Shown: piece after piece, positions 19,965 through 29,727 of the stretch
Layout of the letters: the number at the start of each line of letters is the position of its first letter
How positions within the stretch are numbered: the first letter of the stretch is position 1
DNA from: Candidatus Poribacteria bacterium
GTDB taxonomy: Bacteria > Poribacteria > WGA-4E > WGA-3G
Direction of reading: 5' to 3'
Assembly (NCBI GenBank): GCA_009843785.1
Contig: VYCT01000090.1
Span: 1 to 63,356, forward strand
Length of the DNA: 63,356 nucleotides
Translations under genes and position numbers: made by a program
The notes under the pieces: model-generated
Databases searched by the model: none
What the model saw: only the letters and a program-made list of their open reading frames with translations
Told to the model about the DNA's origin: nothing

Positions 19965-20759
19965 CTATGTCAGGGGTCTTCCCCAAGTAACCCTCGCTTC
20001 TAATTGGAAAGTGAGGAAACCTTCATCATCAACAAAGTCAGACAAGACATGCGACAGTTCGGTATCAAATGCCTTGACATTTTCCGCGCCCATGTGTTCC
20101 TTGGACATACTTTCTCTCGAATGAAAAGACTGAACATAGTCTGTCAATGGCTGCGAGAAACTCACGGGTGTTGTTCGCCTATCTCCAATCAGCTGTAGAT
20201 GCCCTCTATTCACGAGCTCTTGAATCAGATCGATCCGTTCATGGTGTCTATTGGTAGAATATTTATGGATCAGCGAAAGCTCTGCATCATGCCAAGGCGA
20301 TTCAACAGGACAATCCCCATCAATGATGACGAGGTACCCATCTGTGGTTAACACTTCCTTGAATCTCGGAAAAACTACGCACCACTCCATCCAATGAATA
20401 CTTGCACCAGCCGTCACCATATCGTAGGGTGGATATAACTGCACCTTCTCAACAGGTCCATTGATCCATCGGAGGTTTGGGTGATTACCGTTGACGAGCG
20501 ACTTTCCTACCTGGATCATTTCCATTGAGAAGTCAACAGCATCAACACCGTCCACGTGATTGACGAGTGCTCGTGCTATTTTTCCGGGACCGCATCCGAC
20601 ATCCAGAACTTTCCTTCGCGATTCTCCCAGCAAATTTAGAAGTATCTCATAGGTTTCGTCTGGATATGGAGGGCGAAACTTGTATAATTCTGCCAAACTT
20701 CGGTTCTTAAATCGGGATGCGTAATCGTCCCAGTATTGTCGTGGTCTTGTACTTTCCAT
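19965..20759 (-). CDS. Class I SAM-dependent methyltransferase
   Basis: RPPYP, VLDVGCGPG, VDAVDFS, AGASIHWM. Confidence 0.9.
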   Translation of the reverse strand: MESTRPRQYWDDYASRFKNRSLAELYKFRPPYPDETYEILLNLLGESRRKVLDVGCGPGKIARALVNHVDGVDAVDFSMEMIQVGKSLVNGNHPNLRWINGPVEKVQLYPPYDMVTAGASIHWMEWCVVFPRFKEVLTTDGYLVIIDGDCPVESPWHDAELSLIHKYSTNRHHERIDLIQELVNRGHLQLIGDRRTTPVSFSQPLTDYVQSFHSRESMSKEHMGAENVKAFDTELSHVLSDFVDDEGFLTFQLEARVTWGRPLT

Positions 20760-20762
20760 CTT

Positions 20763-21779
20763 CTAACCCCTTCTATTGGATAAACGTTTATATTCAAGGA
20801 ATTTATCTTGCACCAAACCCTTGGCGAAGAGGCTTTTGCTTAGATCAAAGCCTGCCTTAATAGAATCTGTCCGCTCAAAACAGTAGAAGGCCGCACCAGC
20901 ATTCAAGCAGACGAGGTCCAAGATTGGTTCGGGAGTCTGGTCCTGTAAAAGGGATAGGAATATCTCTGCATTCTCGTCCCTATCACCGCCCGGAATGGTG
21001 CTGTAGTCCTGCTCAGTGATTCCGAAGTCCGAAGGTGTAATTTTATATTCTTTGGTTATATCTCCAACCCCTTCAAATACATGCGTGGGTCCAGAGATCG
21101 AAATCTCATCAATTCCGGGTTTACCAACAACAATTAAGAATCGCGTCCGTCCAAGTTGGCGGAGTACTTCTGCCAACTGTCTGCCCATACCTACATCAAT
21201 CGTCCCGAGGATTTGATATTGCGGATTTGCGGGGTTACATAGCGGTGCACTCAGATTAAAAATGGTTCTCCTATTTGCCATTTGTCTGGCAGCTACAACC
21301 TCTTTCATCACCGGATGATATGTTCGAGCAAAGAGAAAACAGACTTTCGTTTTGGTGAAAATGTCCGCTAATCGGTTATCTTCAAAATCGAATTCACAGC
21401 CAAGTTTTTCCAGCAAATCAAAACTTCCATTCGGTCGCTTTGAACCTTTATTGCCATGTTTGATAACTGGAACACCACCAACAGACAGAACAAATGCAGC
21501 GGTGGTGGATACATTGAACCGATCCAAACCGCTACCCCCCGTGCCGCATGAATCAATGGCGTTGGAAGTCAGAGGAACGGGTCTCGACTTCGCCAACAAT
21601 GCTCTTGAAAACCCAAGAATTTCATCGGTATTTTCGCCCTTTTCAGAGAGTGCTATAAGCAATTCTGCTATTTGTTGGTCCGGTACATCTTTTTCGAGTA
21701 TTGTATTCAAACATTGCTCGGCTTCACTGACTTGTAGAGATCCACCGACTTTGACTTTGTCAATGTATTCTGAGATCAC
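20763..21779 (-). CDS. trpD: Anthranilate phosphoribosyltransferase
   Basis: DSCGTGGSG..RFNVST, VIKHGN, YHPVMK...R...RTIFNL..PLCNP, DEIS. Confidence 0.92.
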   Translation of the reverse strand: MISEYIDKVKVGGSLQVSEAEQCLNTILEKDVPDQQIAELLIALSEKGENTDEILGFSRALLAKSRPVPLTSNAIDSCGTGGSGLDRFNVSTTAAFVLSVGGVPVIKHGNKGSKRPNGSFDLLEKLGCEFDFEDNRLADIFTKTKVCFLFARTYHPVMKEVVAARQMANRRTIFNLSAPLCNPANPQYQILGTIDVGMGRQLAEVLRQLGRTRFLIVVGKPGIDEISISGPTHVFEGVGDITKEYKITPSDFGITEQDYSTIPGGDRDENAEIFLSLLQDQTPEPILDLVCLNAGAAFYCFERTDSIKAGFDLSKSLFAKGLVQDKFLEYKRLSNRRG

Positions 21780-21799
21780 GATTTTCCTTCCACGCTGAA

Positions 21800-21872
21800 G
21801 TTAGGAAATCAAATGCCAATGCATCACCAACAGGCACATAATCGATTTTGGCGTAGATATTATTAGAACCTG
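21800..21872 (-). pseudogene. C-terminal remnant of an FR47-type GNAT paralog
   Basis: SNNIYAKIDYVPVGDALAFDF matches SNSIYTKIGYMPMGDALEFDF at the end of 25115..25996. Confidence 0.6.
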
Positions 21873-21895
21873 AATCCAATAAACAGGCAATTGAC

Positions 21896-22383
21896 TCAAA
21901 TAGAACAAACAGGATCTGACAGAAAGGATTTTTGAAAGATTTCTCTGGATCCTCCTTCAGGTCCTGGAGATGCCTTTGCAAAAGGTTCAAAACCCATCTT
22001 CTTGTAAAATCGACGCGCTGACTGACCTTCCAGATTATCCTCGCCGAATGTTGTAACGAATAACTCAGCAGGTGGTTTGATCAAATCAAATACATGTTCT
22101 AAAAGAACTGTGCCGATACCCCTGCGACACCATTGCTCTGCCACGGACAGCCAACGAATATGATACTCAGGCTGTCTGAAGGACAGAAACAAGCCTCCCA
22201 TCAACGGTGCTCCAGCAGATCGATCTTGTTCCCGAACACAATATGCACTTCCTCGATCTATGTTTTGCGTAGGGCGTTCTGAAAATCAGGCTGGTCAACC
22301 ATCGGTCCGAAGAGAAATTCGACCTCCAATGCCAATTCAAGCCAACCCGGAACATCAGCGCGTGTAGCGATCTGGACCTTCAT
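21896..22383 (-). pseudogene. GNAT acetyltransferase, single-base frameshift at T4 run 22263..22266
   Basis: MKVQIATRADVPGWLELALEVEFLFGPMVD..FQNALRK joins NIDRGSAYCVRE...WLSVAEQWCRRGIGT...FYKKMGF if one A is added. Confidence 0.8.
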
Positions 22384-22444
22384 TAGGGTTTTTCCTTGTT
22401 TTGAGGGTTTTGCACAAATAATGATGTATACATGATGGCCGCCT

Positions 22445-23086
22445 CTAAAGCGGGTTGGACAACTCTACCGAATGCTGGCTCGTTAGGTTTCGCCTAGCAA
22501 TCACGATTCCAGCCATATCGCCTTCCAGTTCACGATAGACCTGAAAGCCGGCCTCAAGGAACATGTCAAGACGTCCGTGGAAGTTCGAGTAACTGTCGGT
22601 GGCTCGACGGTCTGGGTACGCCTCCACAATCCGTAGGTTTCGCTTGGCGAGTAGATCACACGCTGCCTCGAGCAGAAGGCTTGAGAGTCCTGTGCCTCGA
22701 AAGCGTTTGGTTACAACGAAGCACACAATGGACCCAACAGATTCATCGTCAGGACTCGCCAGAACGCCCATAGCAGCCAAGTGCGAAAGGGAACGTTTTT
22801 CAGCTGCGTGGCACCATCCAACCGGACGGTTGTCAAGATAAGCAAGGATGCCTGTCGTTTCACCGCGTTGGATGAGTTCAGCCTTCCACGCACGGTTTGC
22901 TGCGGCAGTTCTCTCAGACCAATCTTCGCCATTGGCTCCGACCCAATGGAAATAGCAACAGTAGCATGAGGCTCCCTCGGGATTGTCGGCGAATGCGTCT
23001 CCATCGAAGTAGTCAAGAAAATCGTCGGCACGGTCTGGTGTAAGTTCGCGGAGTTCGAGGTTCGCCAAGTCTATATCATGCGGCAT
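22445..23086 (-). CDS. GNAT family N-acetyltransferase
   Basis: CYCCYF, PVGWC, IVCFVVTKRFRGTGLSSLLL, VEAYP, MFLEAGF. Confidence 0.9.
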   Translation of the reverse strand: MPHDIDLANLELRELTPDRADDFLDYFDGDAFADNPEGASCYCCYFHWVGANGEDWSERTAAANRAWKAELIQRGETTGILAYLDNRPVGWCHAAEKRSLSHLAAMGVLASPDDESVGSIVCFVVTKRFRGTGLSSLLLEAACDLLAKRNLRIVEAYPDRRATDSYSNFHGRLDMFLEAGFQVYRELEGDMAGIVIARRNLTSQHSVELSNPL

Positions 23087-23153
23087 TTCTACTGATCCTT
23101 TTCAGAGTCAAAAAACATACCGTCGGCGCGATCGTCGTACAGCATTTGAGGTA

Positions 23154-23840
23154 TCATTTCTCCAAGACATCGAGACAGGATTTCAAGCGACGGTCATGAT
23201 CGGCATATTGTTTTAGCCACTCAACGACGGTTTTGCCATCCGCAAGTCTGGCTTGCAAATCCGCGCCATGTTCCACCAGATACCGCGTCGTTTCTACATG
23301 TCCATGACCGGCTGCGCAGTACAGGGGAAAATGCGCGTGATCTGATGTTACATTGACATCCGCTCCAGCGTCGACCAACTGTTCTACAATTTCCAGGTCC
23401 CCGTTCCGAGTAGCATGGTGCAAGGCTGTATCGCCACGGGCGTAACGCTCCTGTACCAACTTTGAGTTGTCACGGAGCATTGCATTGACTCGCTGCACAT
23501 TGGCTAAAAAAACGGCGTATATAAACTGGCGCGCCGTTTCGCTCGATGGCTTGGCATGTGCATCCAAGCCTCCATACGCAATGAGTAATGATACGACATC
23601 CTTATTGTTTGGTACCTCTCCAGCATAATGAATCGCGTAACCATCATGCGCTGCCAAATCAGCACCACTATCTATTAGATATTTAACAACATTACAATGT
23701 CGCCTTAATCCGGCATGAAATATAGGTCGCCACTTGTGTTCGTCGTCCTGGTTGACCAGACGAGGATCCTGTTCAACGATTTTCTTTACCAGATCAAGGT
23801 CCCCATTCGCTGCCGCATCATGAATTGAACCGAGTTCCAT
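23154..23840 (-). CDS. Ankyrin repeat protein
   Basis: IHDAAANGDLDLVK, GDTALHHATRNGDLEIVEQLVDAGADVN, PLYCAAGHGHVETTRYLVEHGAD. Confidence 0.93.
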   Translation of the reverse strand: MELGSIHDAAANGDLDLVKKIVEQDPRLVNQDDEHKWRPIFHAGLRRHCNVVKYLIDSGADLAAHDGYAIHYAGEVPNNKDVVSLLIAYGGLDAHAKPSSETARQFIYAVFLANVQRVNAMLRDNSKLVQERYARGDTALHHATRNGDLEIVEQLVDAGADVNVTSDHAHFPLYCAAGHGHVETTRYLVEHGADLQARLADGKTVVEWLKQYADHDRRLKSCLDVLEK

Positions 23841-23878
23841 ATTTATTCTCCACGCGTAAGGTTAATTATGTTTCAAAA

Positions 23879-23945
23879 ACGTGAGTTCGACATATCAGAT
23901 GATCACTTTCACTTACTCTATGTGCCTCAAGCCAACTAACTGCAC
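23879..23945 (-). mobile_element. IS982-type end remnant
   Basis: ACGTGAGTTCGA terminal motif related to 4973..4982 and 9377..9386; no transposase left. Confidence 0.45.
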
Positions 23946-23962
23946 AGTCCATGAAAAGCACA

Positions 23963-25027
23963 TTAGCCGAGTGCATTGACCACAGCATCGCCGACTTGTG
24001 AGGTTGTGGCTTGACCACCGAGGTCTGGTGGTAGGATTTTGCCTGCCTCGACGACCTTCAGTACAGCTGCATCTATCGTTTCCGAGGCTTCTACCTCACC
24101 GATAAAGCGCAACATCATAGAACCGGAGATAATTGCCGCCAATGGATTCGCGATGCCTTTTCCCATGATGTCCGGCGCACTCCCATGAACCGGCTCGAAC
24201 ATCGACGGGAATCGACGTTGCGGGTCGATATTGCCGCTCGGAGCCAATCCCATGCTTCCGGTGATAATCGCGCCGATGTCCGTAAGGATATCGCCAAACA
24301 GGTTGCTGGCGACGACCACATCAAAATCCTCTGGTCTCCGCACGAAATCCATACAGGCTGCGTCCACAAGCAACGATTCTGTCTCTATATCGGGATATTT
24401 TGCAGCCACTCGCTCGAAGGCAGTATCCCATACAATCATACCGTAGCCCTGCGCGTTTGACTTGGTGATCGAAGTGACTTTGCGCTTCTTACCTCGTGCG
24501 CGAGCCTGCTCAAAGGCATAAGTAATAATCCGCTCGCAGCCGTGGCGCGTAAATATACCAACCTGCACGCCGATCTCTTCGGGAAACCCTTGGTACTGAA
24601 ACCCCCCGACGTTAGCATACTCTCCTTCCGTGTTCTCTCTTATCACCACCAGATCAATCTCCCAAGCCTCCTTATCCTTGAGTGGTGTGCTAATGCCGGG
24701 ATAGAGGACGCTCGGTCGCTCACAGACATACTGATCGAATCTGCGTCGAATAGGCAGCAAAAGTCCATTGAGCGCAATGTGGTCTTGGATGTCGGGGTGC
24801 CCGACTGCACCAAGATAAATCTGGTCAAACGCCGCGAGGGTATCAAGGGCATCTGCTGGCATCATGTGCCCATGCTCAAAATAGTAATCTGAACCCCAAG
24901 GAAGCTCCACAAAGTCCCATTTGATGTCATACCTATCGGTGATAGCGTTGAGGACCTTGATGCCTTCCTCTATCACCTCAATCCCGATTCCATCTCCTCG
25001 AATTACCGCAATCTTATATTCAGCCAT
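23963..25027 (-). CDS. Isocitrate/isopropylmalate dehydrogenase family, probably tartrate/D-malate dehydrogenase
   Basis: GDGIGIEV, RENTEGEY, TKSNA, NLFGDILTD, SMFEPVHGSAPDI.GKGIANP. Confidence 0.9.
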   Translation of the reverse strand: MAEYKIAVIRGDGIGIEVIEEGIKVLNAITDRYDIKWDFVELPWGSDYYFEHGHMMPADALDTLAAFDQIYLGAVGHPDIQDHIALNGLLLPIRRRFDQYVCERPSVLYPGISTPLKDKEAWEIDLVVIRENTEGEYANVGGFQYQGFPEEIGVQVGIFTRHGCERIITYAFEQARARGKKRKVTSITKSNAQGYGMIVWDTAFERVAAKYPDIETESLLVDAACMDFVRRPEDFDVVVASNLFGDILTDIGAIITGSMGLAPSGNIDPQRRFPSMFEPVHGSAPDIMGKGIANPLAAIISGSMMLRFIGEVEASETIDAAVLKVVEAGKILPPDLGGQATTSQVGDAVVNALG

Positions 25028-25114
25028 ATTTTTCCTTTGTTAGTGCTAAAATTGTGCCTCCGCCGCGCTATAGTTTGGCGAAGAGATTCTTGGACCATAA
25101 CCGAAAACACGGTG

Positions 25115-25996
25115 TTAGGTGCCGCTGTGTTCATCTGCAGATACAAAATCAAATTCTAATGCATCTCCCATTGGCATATAACCGATTTTGGTGTAGATAC
25201 TATTAGAGGTTGGATTTGATAAATCGGTATGGAGGCAGCAAAATGAATAGCGTTCCGCGAGCAATTTTTTCGTCAACAACAAAACAGATGTAGTCGCATA
25301 TCCTTTGTTGCGGTGCTCTGGCGGTGTGTACACTGTATGAATTGCTATGCCATTGTTCGTTGGACGATCTGTCCTAGCGATAGAAATTGGGCCATCGTGA
25401 TCCCAAATATATAGCTCCTGATCTTTGATGCCTTGCTCAGCATAACTCTTGGCACGATCAAAATTGAAAATTACACCCCATGTCTCTTCCAAATAGGCGG
25501 CATGCCATTGCGCCATGAGTGGGAGATCCTCCAGGCAAGCAAGACGTAACTTTCCGGGTGAAAGTGGCAGATCCGCAACTGCTCTTGCTTCAAATGTACG
25601 CATTCGCATGGCTACTTCGGTGGATACGCCGGGCATTGCCTCAACCCAACAATCAGCAAAGGCTTGGGCTTCTGATGCTGGTCCATGAATTTTTGGTATT
25701 TGGACATTAGCTTCACGTAGATGGCGGACGAGATGCGTCATAGCTGGTTGGACTTGTGTGCCGAATTTGCTCAAGATGCTTTGCCACCATGGCACCATTA
25801 TTGCGACACCGACGGCTTTCCCTCGCTCCAGAATACTCAACAGAAGCCGTGGCTCAGAGTCCTGATAGTGTGGAGCTTCAGCAAGCTTATAAGCTAAACC
25901 GAGTACTCTATTGTTTTCGCTCTCATTCTGTTCTAAGTAGACACCTGACAGTGAAATCAGTTCGCTTGCATAGTTGTGAGATATTATTTCGATCAT
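25115..25996 (-). CDS. GNAT acetyltransferase (FR47-like)
   Basis: VYTPPEHRNKGYAT, CLHTDLSNPTSNSIY. Confidence 0.9.
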   Translation of the reverse strand: MIEIISHNYASELISLSGVYLEQNESENNRVLGLAYKLAEAPHYQDSEPRLLLSILERGKAVGVAIMVPWWQSILSKFGTQVQPAMTHLVRHLREANVQIPKIHGPASEAQAFADCWVEAMPGVSTEVAMRMRTFEARAVADLPLSPGKLRLACLEDLPLMAQWHAAYLEETWGVIFNFDRAKSYAEQGIKDQELYIWDHDGPISIARTDRPTNNGIAIHTVYTPPEHRNKGYATTSVLLLTKKLLAERYSFCCLHTDLSNPTSNSIYTKIGYMPMGDALEFDFVSADEHSGT

Positions 25997-26434
25997 GATG
26001 CTTCGATTTCCTTAGACCAGCACTCGGCAATTCTCTTAAGTTCAGGTAAACGCTCGGGCCAATCATGTAATACCAAATCTAATTGATGATCCATCTTAAA
26101 ATGCCACGATTTTTGAATCATGCCCGGTTCGGTTAGGAAACCGAACCTACCGGGCCTGGGTAGAGATGGTTTCAGGTTAATGTAATATAAACTTTTAGAA
26201 ATGGTATAAGGTCGCTGGATCAAAATCAGCCCCATTCGGCCATACCAGCGTATAGACTTCCAGATCGATCTGCACTTGGTTGAACAAAGAATCATCGCGG
26301 AGTGGCCCGAATAATTTTCCTTCTAATGTGGGCTGGAAGTCTATAACTTGTTCCGTATCATCATCAAAACAGACGCGAAGCGTGTAGGGGGCCTGTATCT
26401 TAAAAAAAACTACATGATATATTGGATGACGCAT
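25993..26434 (-). pseudogene. DUF2442-like (antitoxin-like) gene interrupted by a MITE
   Basis: YTLRVCFDD...IDF...GKLFGPLRD..LF.QV...LVWPNGADFDPATL; removing 26071..26206 plus one TAA restores DPATLHDWPERLPELKRIAECWSKEIEAS with a TGA coupled to the next ATG. Confidence 0.85.
26071..26206. mobile_element. 136-bp MITE with TAA target duplication
   Basis: 12-bp IRs TACCAAATCTAA / TTAGAAATGGTA (10/12); TAA at 26068..26070 and 26207..26209; internal GTAG-REP hairpin. Confidence 0.85.
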
Positions 26435-26666
26435 CCCGACTTCTTTCAAATCCCTTTTAGGCTTATTGCACACATTTCCAAACGGGCTGACTGTGTGAGC
26501 ACTATTTATGTACTTGATTCACTGTTTGAATAATATTTTAACCGAGTTCCGTTCATTATTCAAGGCATAAAATATTTACACACATGCGATTTTGTGCTAT
26601 GCTTTAAAGCAAGCTGGAGATTGGAAAATAAGCACAACTTCTGACGCTAAAACAAAGGAGAAACCG

Positions 26667-28283
26667 ATGCCAAACACGCAAGAAATTGGATGGAAAGCCG
26701 TTAGTAAAACCGGCGTTGTTGCTGCGGGCGGTGCGAAAGCAGTTGCAGCAGGAATCGAGATTCTGGAAGCCAGCGGAAATGCAGCAGATGCAGCAGCGGG
26801 AACGATTCTCGCACTCAATGTTACAGACCACGGTGCCTGTTCTATCGGGGGTGAGGTGCCACTCCTTATCTTCAACGCTGAAAAGCGGGAAGTGAAATCA
26901 CTCTCTGGACAGGGGCGTGCACCGCTTTCGCAAACCGCAATTGATTGGTATATGGAAAATGGTATCCCTAATGGTGATATTAAGATGGCACCCGTGCCGT
27001 CAGTTGTGGATCTCTGTACGACCACGCTCAAACTGTATGGCACTATGACGTTTGCAGAAATCGTCGCGCCTACGCTTGCGCTGCTTGACGATAACGATGC
27101 AGACTGGCATTCTGATTTGGCGGTCACGCTGCGTCGCATGGTCGAGTCGGAACAGACGACATCTGGGAGCCGTGAGGAAAAAATCCAAGCGGCAAGCGAT
27201 CGGTTTTACGGACGGAACGGTGCTGATACCGATATTGCCGATGCCTTGGAAGGTTTTTACATTGACAAGGGTGGGTTTCTCCGTAAGTCAGACCTCGCTG
27301 CCCATGTTACGCTTGTTGAAGACCCCGTATCGGTGGACTACCGAGGGTATACGGTGCACAAGTGCGGGACTTGGACGCAAGGTCCTTATCTCTGTCAGGC
27401 GTTGCGTTTACTGGAAGGTTTCGATCTCAAGGCGATGGAGCAATCCTCAGTGGACTATGTACATGTCGTCACGGAAGCACTCAAACTGGCGATGGCTGAT
27501 CGAGACGCGTACTACGGCGATCCAGAGTTTGTGGATGTCCCTTTATCCAAGCTGCTCTCCGATGCCTATACTGAGATCCGCCGACCTCTCATTGATATGC
27601 AGAAAGCATCACACCAGGCACGACCCGGCGATGTGGATAACATGCAGCCGCTAAAAGCGGACGGCGTGTTTCGACCCGGTGTAGGTGGAACAACAACCTG
27701 CACAGTTGCCGATCAATGGGGGAATGTCGTCGCTGCGACACCGAGTGCTAATGTCTATCATGCAGGGGGTATGGTCGGGCCGACGGGGGTCAGTTATGGC
27801 AACCGTTTACGGAGTCTCAACACAACCCCCGGACACCCGAATTGTATCCAGCCTGGAAAACGCCCAAGAATTACACTTACGCCTACGCTGGTGCTTAAAG
27901 ACGGCACTCCGATTTTAGCGATCAGTGTTGCCGGTGGAGACTTGCAAGATCAAGCGACGATGAATTTGCTGCTCAATTTCGTTGAGTTCGGCATGCTACC
28001 GGAAGACGCTGTTACAGCCCCGCGTTTCGCCACCGCACATCACCAAGATTCGTTTGATCCGAATCCGAAGCGTATAGAGACATTCGGGCAAGTCGGTTCA
28101 TTGACTATCAACGACAGTGTGAGTGAAAACGTCAGGGAAGAACTTGCCAGTCGTGGGCATCAACTCAGGACGCACGGAGGTGCTATTGCCGCGCCTTCCA
28201 TGATCCATATTGATAAAAATAGCGGGACGTTCTATGCTGCTGGAGACCCTGCTGCGGGAAGGCATGCGGCGGGTTTAGCGTAA
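26667..28283 (+). CDS. ggt: Gamma-glutamyltransferase family protein
   Basis: Start moved to MPNTQ (AAGGAG SD); GNAADAA, SIGGE, LKLAMADRDAYYGDP, GTTTCTVADQWGN (Thr nucleophile), PGKRP. Confidence 0.88.
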   Translation: MPNTQEIGWKAVSKTGVVAAGGAKAVAAGIEILEASGNAADAAAGTILALNVTDHGACSIGGEVPLLIFNAEKREVKSLSGQGRAPLSQTAIDWYMENGIPNGDIKMAPVPSVVDLCTTTLKLYGTMTFAEIVAPTLALLDDNDADWHSDLAVTLRRMVESEQTTSGSREEKIQAASDRFYGRNGADTDIADALEGFYIDKGGFLRKSDLAAHVTLVEDPVSVDYRGYTVHKCGTWTQGPYLCQALRLLEGFDLKAMEQSSVDYVHVVTEALKLAMADRDAYYGDPEFVDVPLSKLLSDAYTEIRRPLIDMQKASHQARPGDVDNMQPLKADGVFRPGVGGTTTCTVADQWGNVVAATPSANVYHAGGMVGPTGVSYGNRLRSLNTTPGHPNCIQPGKRPRITLTPTLVLKDGTPILAISVAGGDLQDQATMNLLLNFVEFGMLPEDAVTAPRFATAHHQDSFDPNPKRIETFGQVGSLTINDSVSENVREELASRGHQLRTHGGAIAAPSMIHIDKNSGTFYAAGDPAAGRHAAGLA

Positions 28284-28300
28284 AAAATGAAAGCGTGGCG

Positions 28301-28396
28301 TCAATCTTCTGGCTGTTGCCAAGTTCTGAACCGGCGTTGCGCTGCAAGAAAAATTTCATAAGTTTCATCTTCAACGAACAGACTGATATTACGCAT
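28301..28396 (-). pseudogene. 31-aa stub of the ATPase partner gene (DUF4276/TOPRIM-like by inference)
   Basis: MRNISLFVEDETYEIFL starts overlapping the ATPase stop and ends after 31 codons. Confidence 0.55.
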
Positions 28397-29711
28397 CAAA
28401 GTCCCCCCGCAAGATACGCTCCGAAGGGGATAAAGCATCTTCGTCCTCTAACGCCACCTCAATATCTGACTTCTTCCAGAGTGGTCGGATATGCATCATA
28501 TTGAACGGCTTAATTTCTGTGTTTCCGTTAATCTTACGACAAACATATAACGATTCGGGAGGAATAAGGTCGGGCAAAAGCGACGAATGTGTTGTGACAA
28601 TGAATTGGATGTCTTCAAGAATCATGCGGGTTTCCAAAAACCGAGCGATGCGTCGAATCCTGCGAGGGTGAATGCCATTTTCCGGTTCTTCAAATCCTAT
28701 CAACGTTGGAGGCTCCTCAGCACTAATGAGTGCTAAGATTCCTAAAATTCGGAGTGTGCCTTCCGATAAAACACGGGCAGAGATGCGCTTTTCACCTTCA
28801 CGAAGATCCAACTCAACTTCACCTAACTCGTTAACACTGACATCAAGTCCAGTTATAGATGGAATCATGGCATGGAGGGATTTCTCGACGGATTCAAATT
28901 GTCGCTTATTACGAGCTTTCAAGGTATTGAGAAAGGCTGCGAGATTCTCACCCATTGGTCCAATATCGTGAACTGCCTTGACTGGATTTGGAAGTCGCAT
29001 CTGTTCTTTGGGTTCAAGGTAGAAGGTAAGCCAGTTTGCCAACTCTTCCTGCATCGCAGTCAAGTGAGGGTAGTGGGGTGGATAGTGCGATCTTGAAAGG
29101 ATACTGTAGTCAAGATAGCGTTCATAGTAGAGTGGATGCGCTTGCCCCTCCATCCGCAGGTGCAACCGATTCTGGATCCGCTCTAAGAAAGGTTTCCTGT
29201 TCTGTTTTGGTTGTCCTTCGTCGGTTAATGCTGCGAGATATTCATCTGCCACTCGTAAAATACCGAATCCCGGGAGCATTTCAACTTCAATCCTGTACCG
29301 CAGATCTTTCTCGCGCACGAGGACCCGTCGGTCCGAAACAGGTTTATCTACACTTTGTGTGTTTTTTGCTGTTGTTTCTCTTATTTGCTGAATACGTTGG
29401 TTGATACCTTCAATAACGGTAGTGGAAAGTTGGACATCTACCTCTATACTAAAGGACACACTTTCTTTTTCCATGAGACTCTTGATACCTTCTTCTCCAA
29501 AAGTGAACGATTCCAGCGGATAGCCTCGATACGGGGACTCAAATACATCTTCCAAAGTTTGGCAGGTTGCTATCCGAGACAGAAGCTGCAAGGCATCAAG
29601 GAAATTGCTCTTTCCCGAAGCATTGGGACCAACGAGCACGGAAAGAGGTTTGAGATTTACCTCAAGATCCACGAGTGATTTATACCCTTGAATTTTGATT
29701 CGCTTCAGCAT
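28389..29711 (-). CDS. AAA/ABC-type ATPase (AAA_15/AAA_21, AbiEii/OLD-like)
   Basis: IKIQGYKSL, Walker A GPNASGKSN, LSEGTLR signature, Walker B IGFEEPENGIHP, VTTHS. Confidence 0.9.
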   Translation of the reverse strand: MLKRIKIQGYKSLVDLEVNLKPLSVLVGPNASGKSNFLDALQLLSRIATCQTLEDVFESPYRGYPLESFTFGEEGIKSLMEKESVSFSIEVDVQLSTTVIEGINQRIQQIRETTAKNTQSVDKPVSDRRVLVREKDLRYRIEVEMLPGFGILRVADEYLAALTDEGQPKQNRKPFLERIQNRLHLRMEGQAHPLYYERYLDYSILSRSHYPPHYPHLTAMQEELANWLTFYLEPKEQMRLPNPVKAVHDIGPMGENLAAFLNTLKARNKRQFESVEKSLHAMIPSITGLDVSVNELGEVELDLREGEKRISARVLSEGTLRILGILALISAEEPPTLIGFEEPENGIHPRRIRRIARFLETRMILEDIQFIVTTHSSLLPDLIPPESLYVCRKINGNTEIKPFNMMHIRPLWKKSDIEVALEDEDALSPSERILRGDFDA

Positions 29712-29727
29712 AGGAATGTGCCTCCGT

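Noticed and set aside
26597-27654. Overlapping ORFs 26597..27139 (-) and 27052..27654 (+)
   Set aside because: Alternative frames of ggt with no independent coding signal
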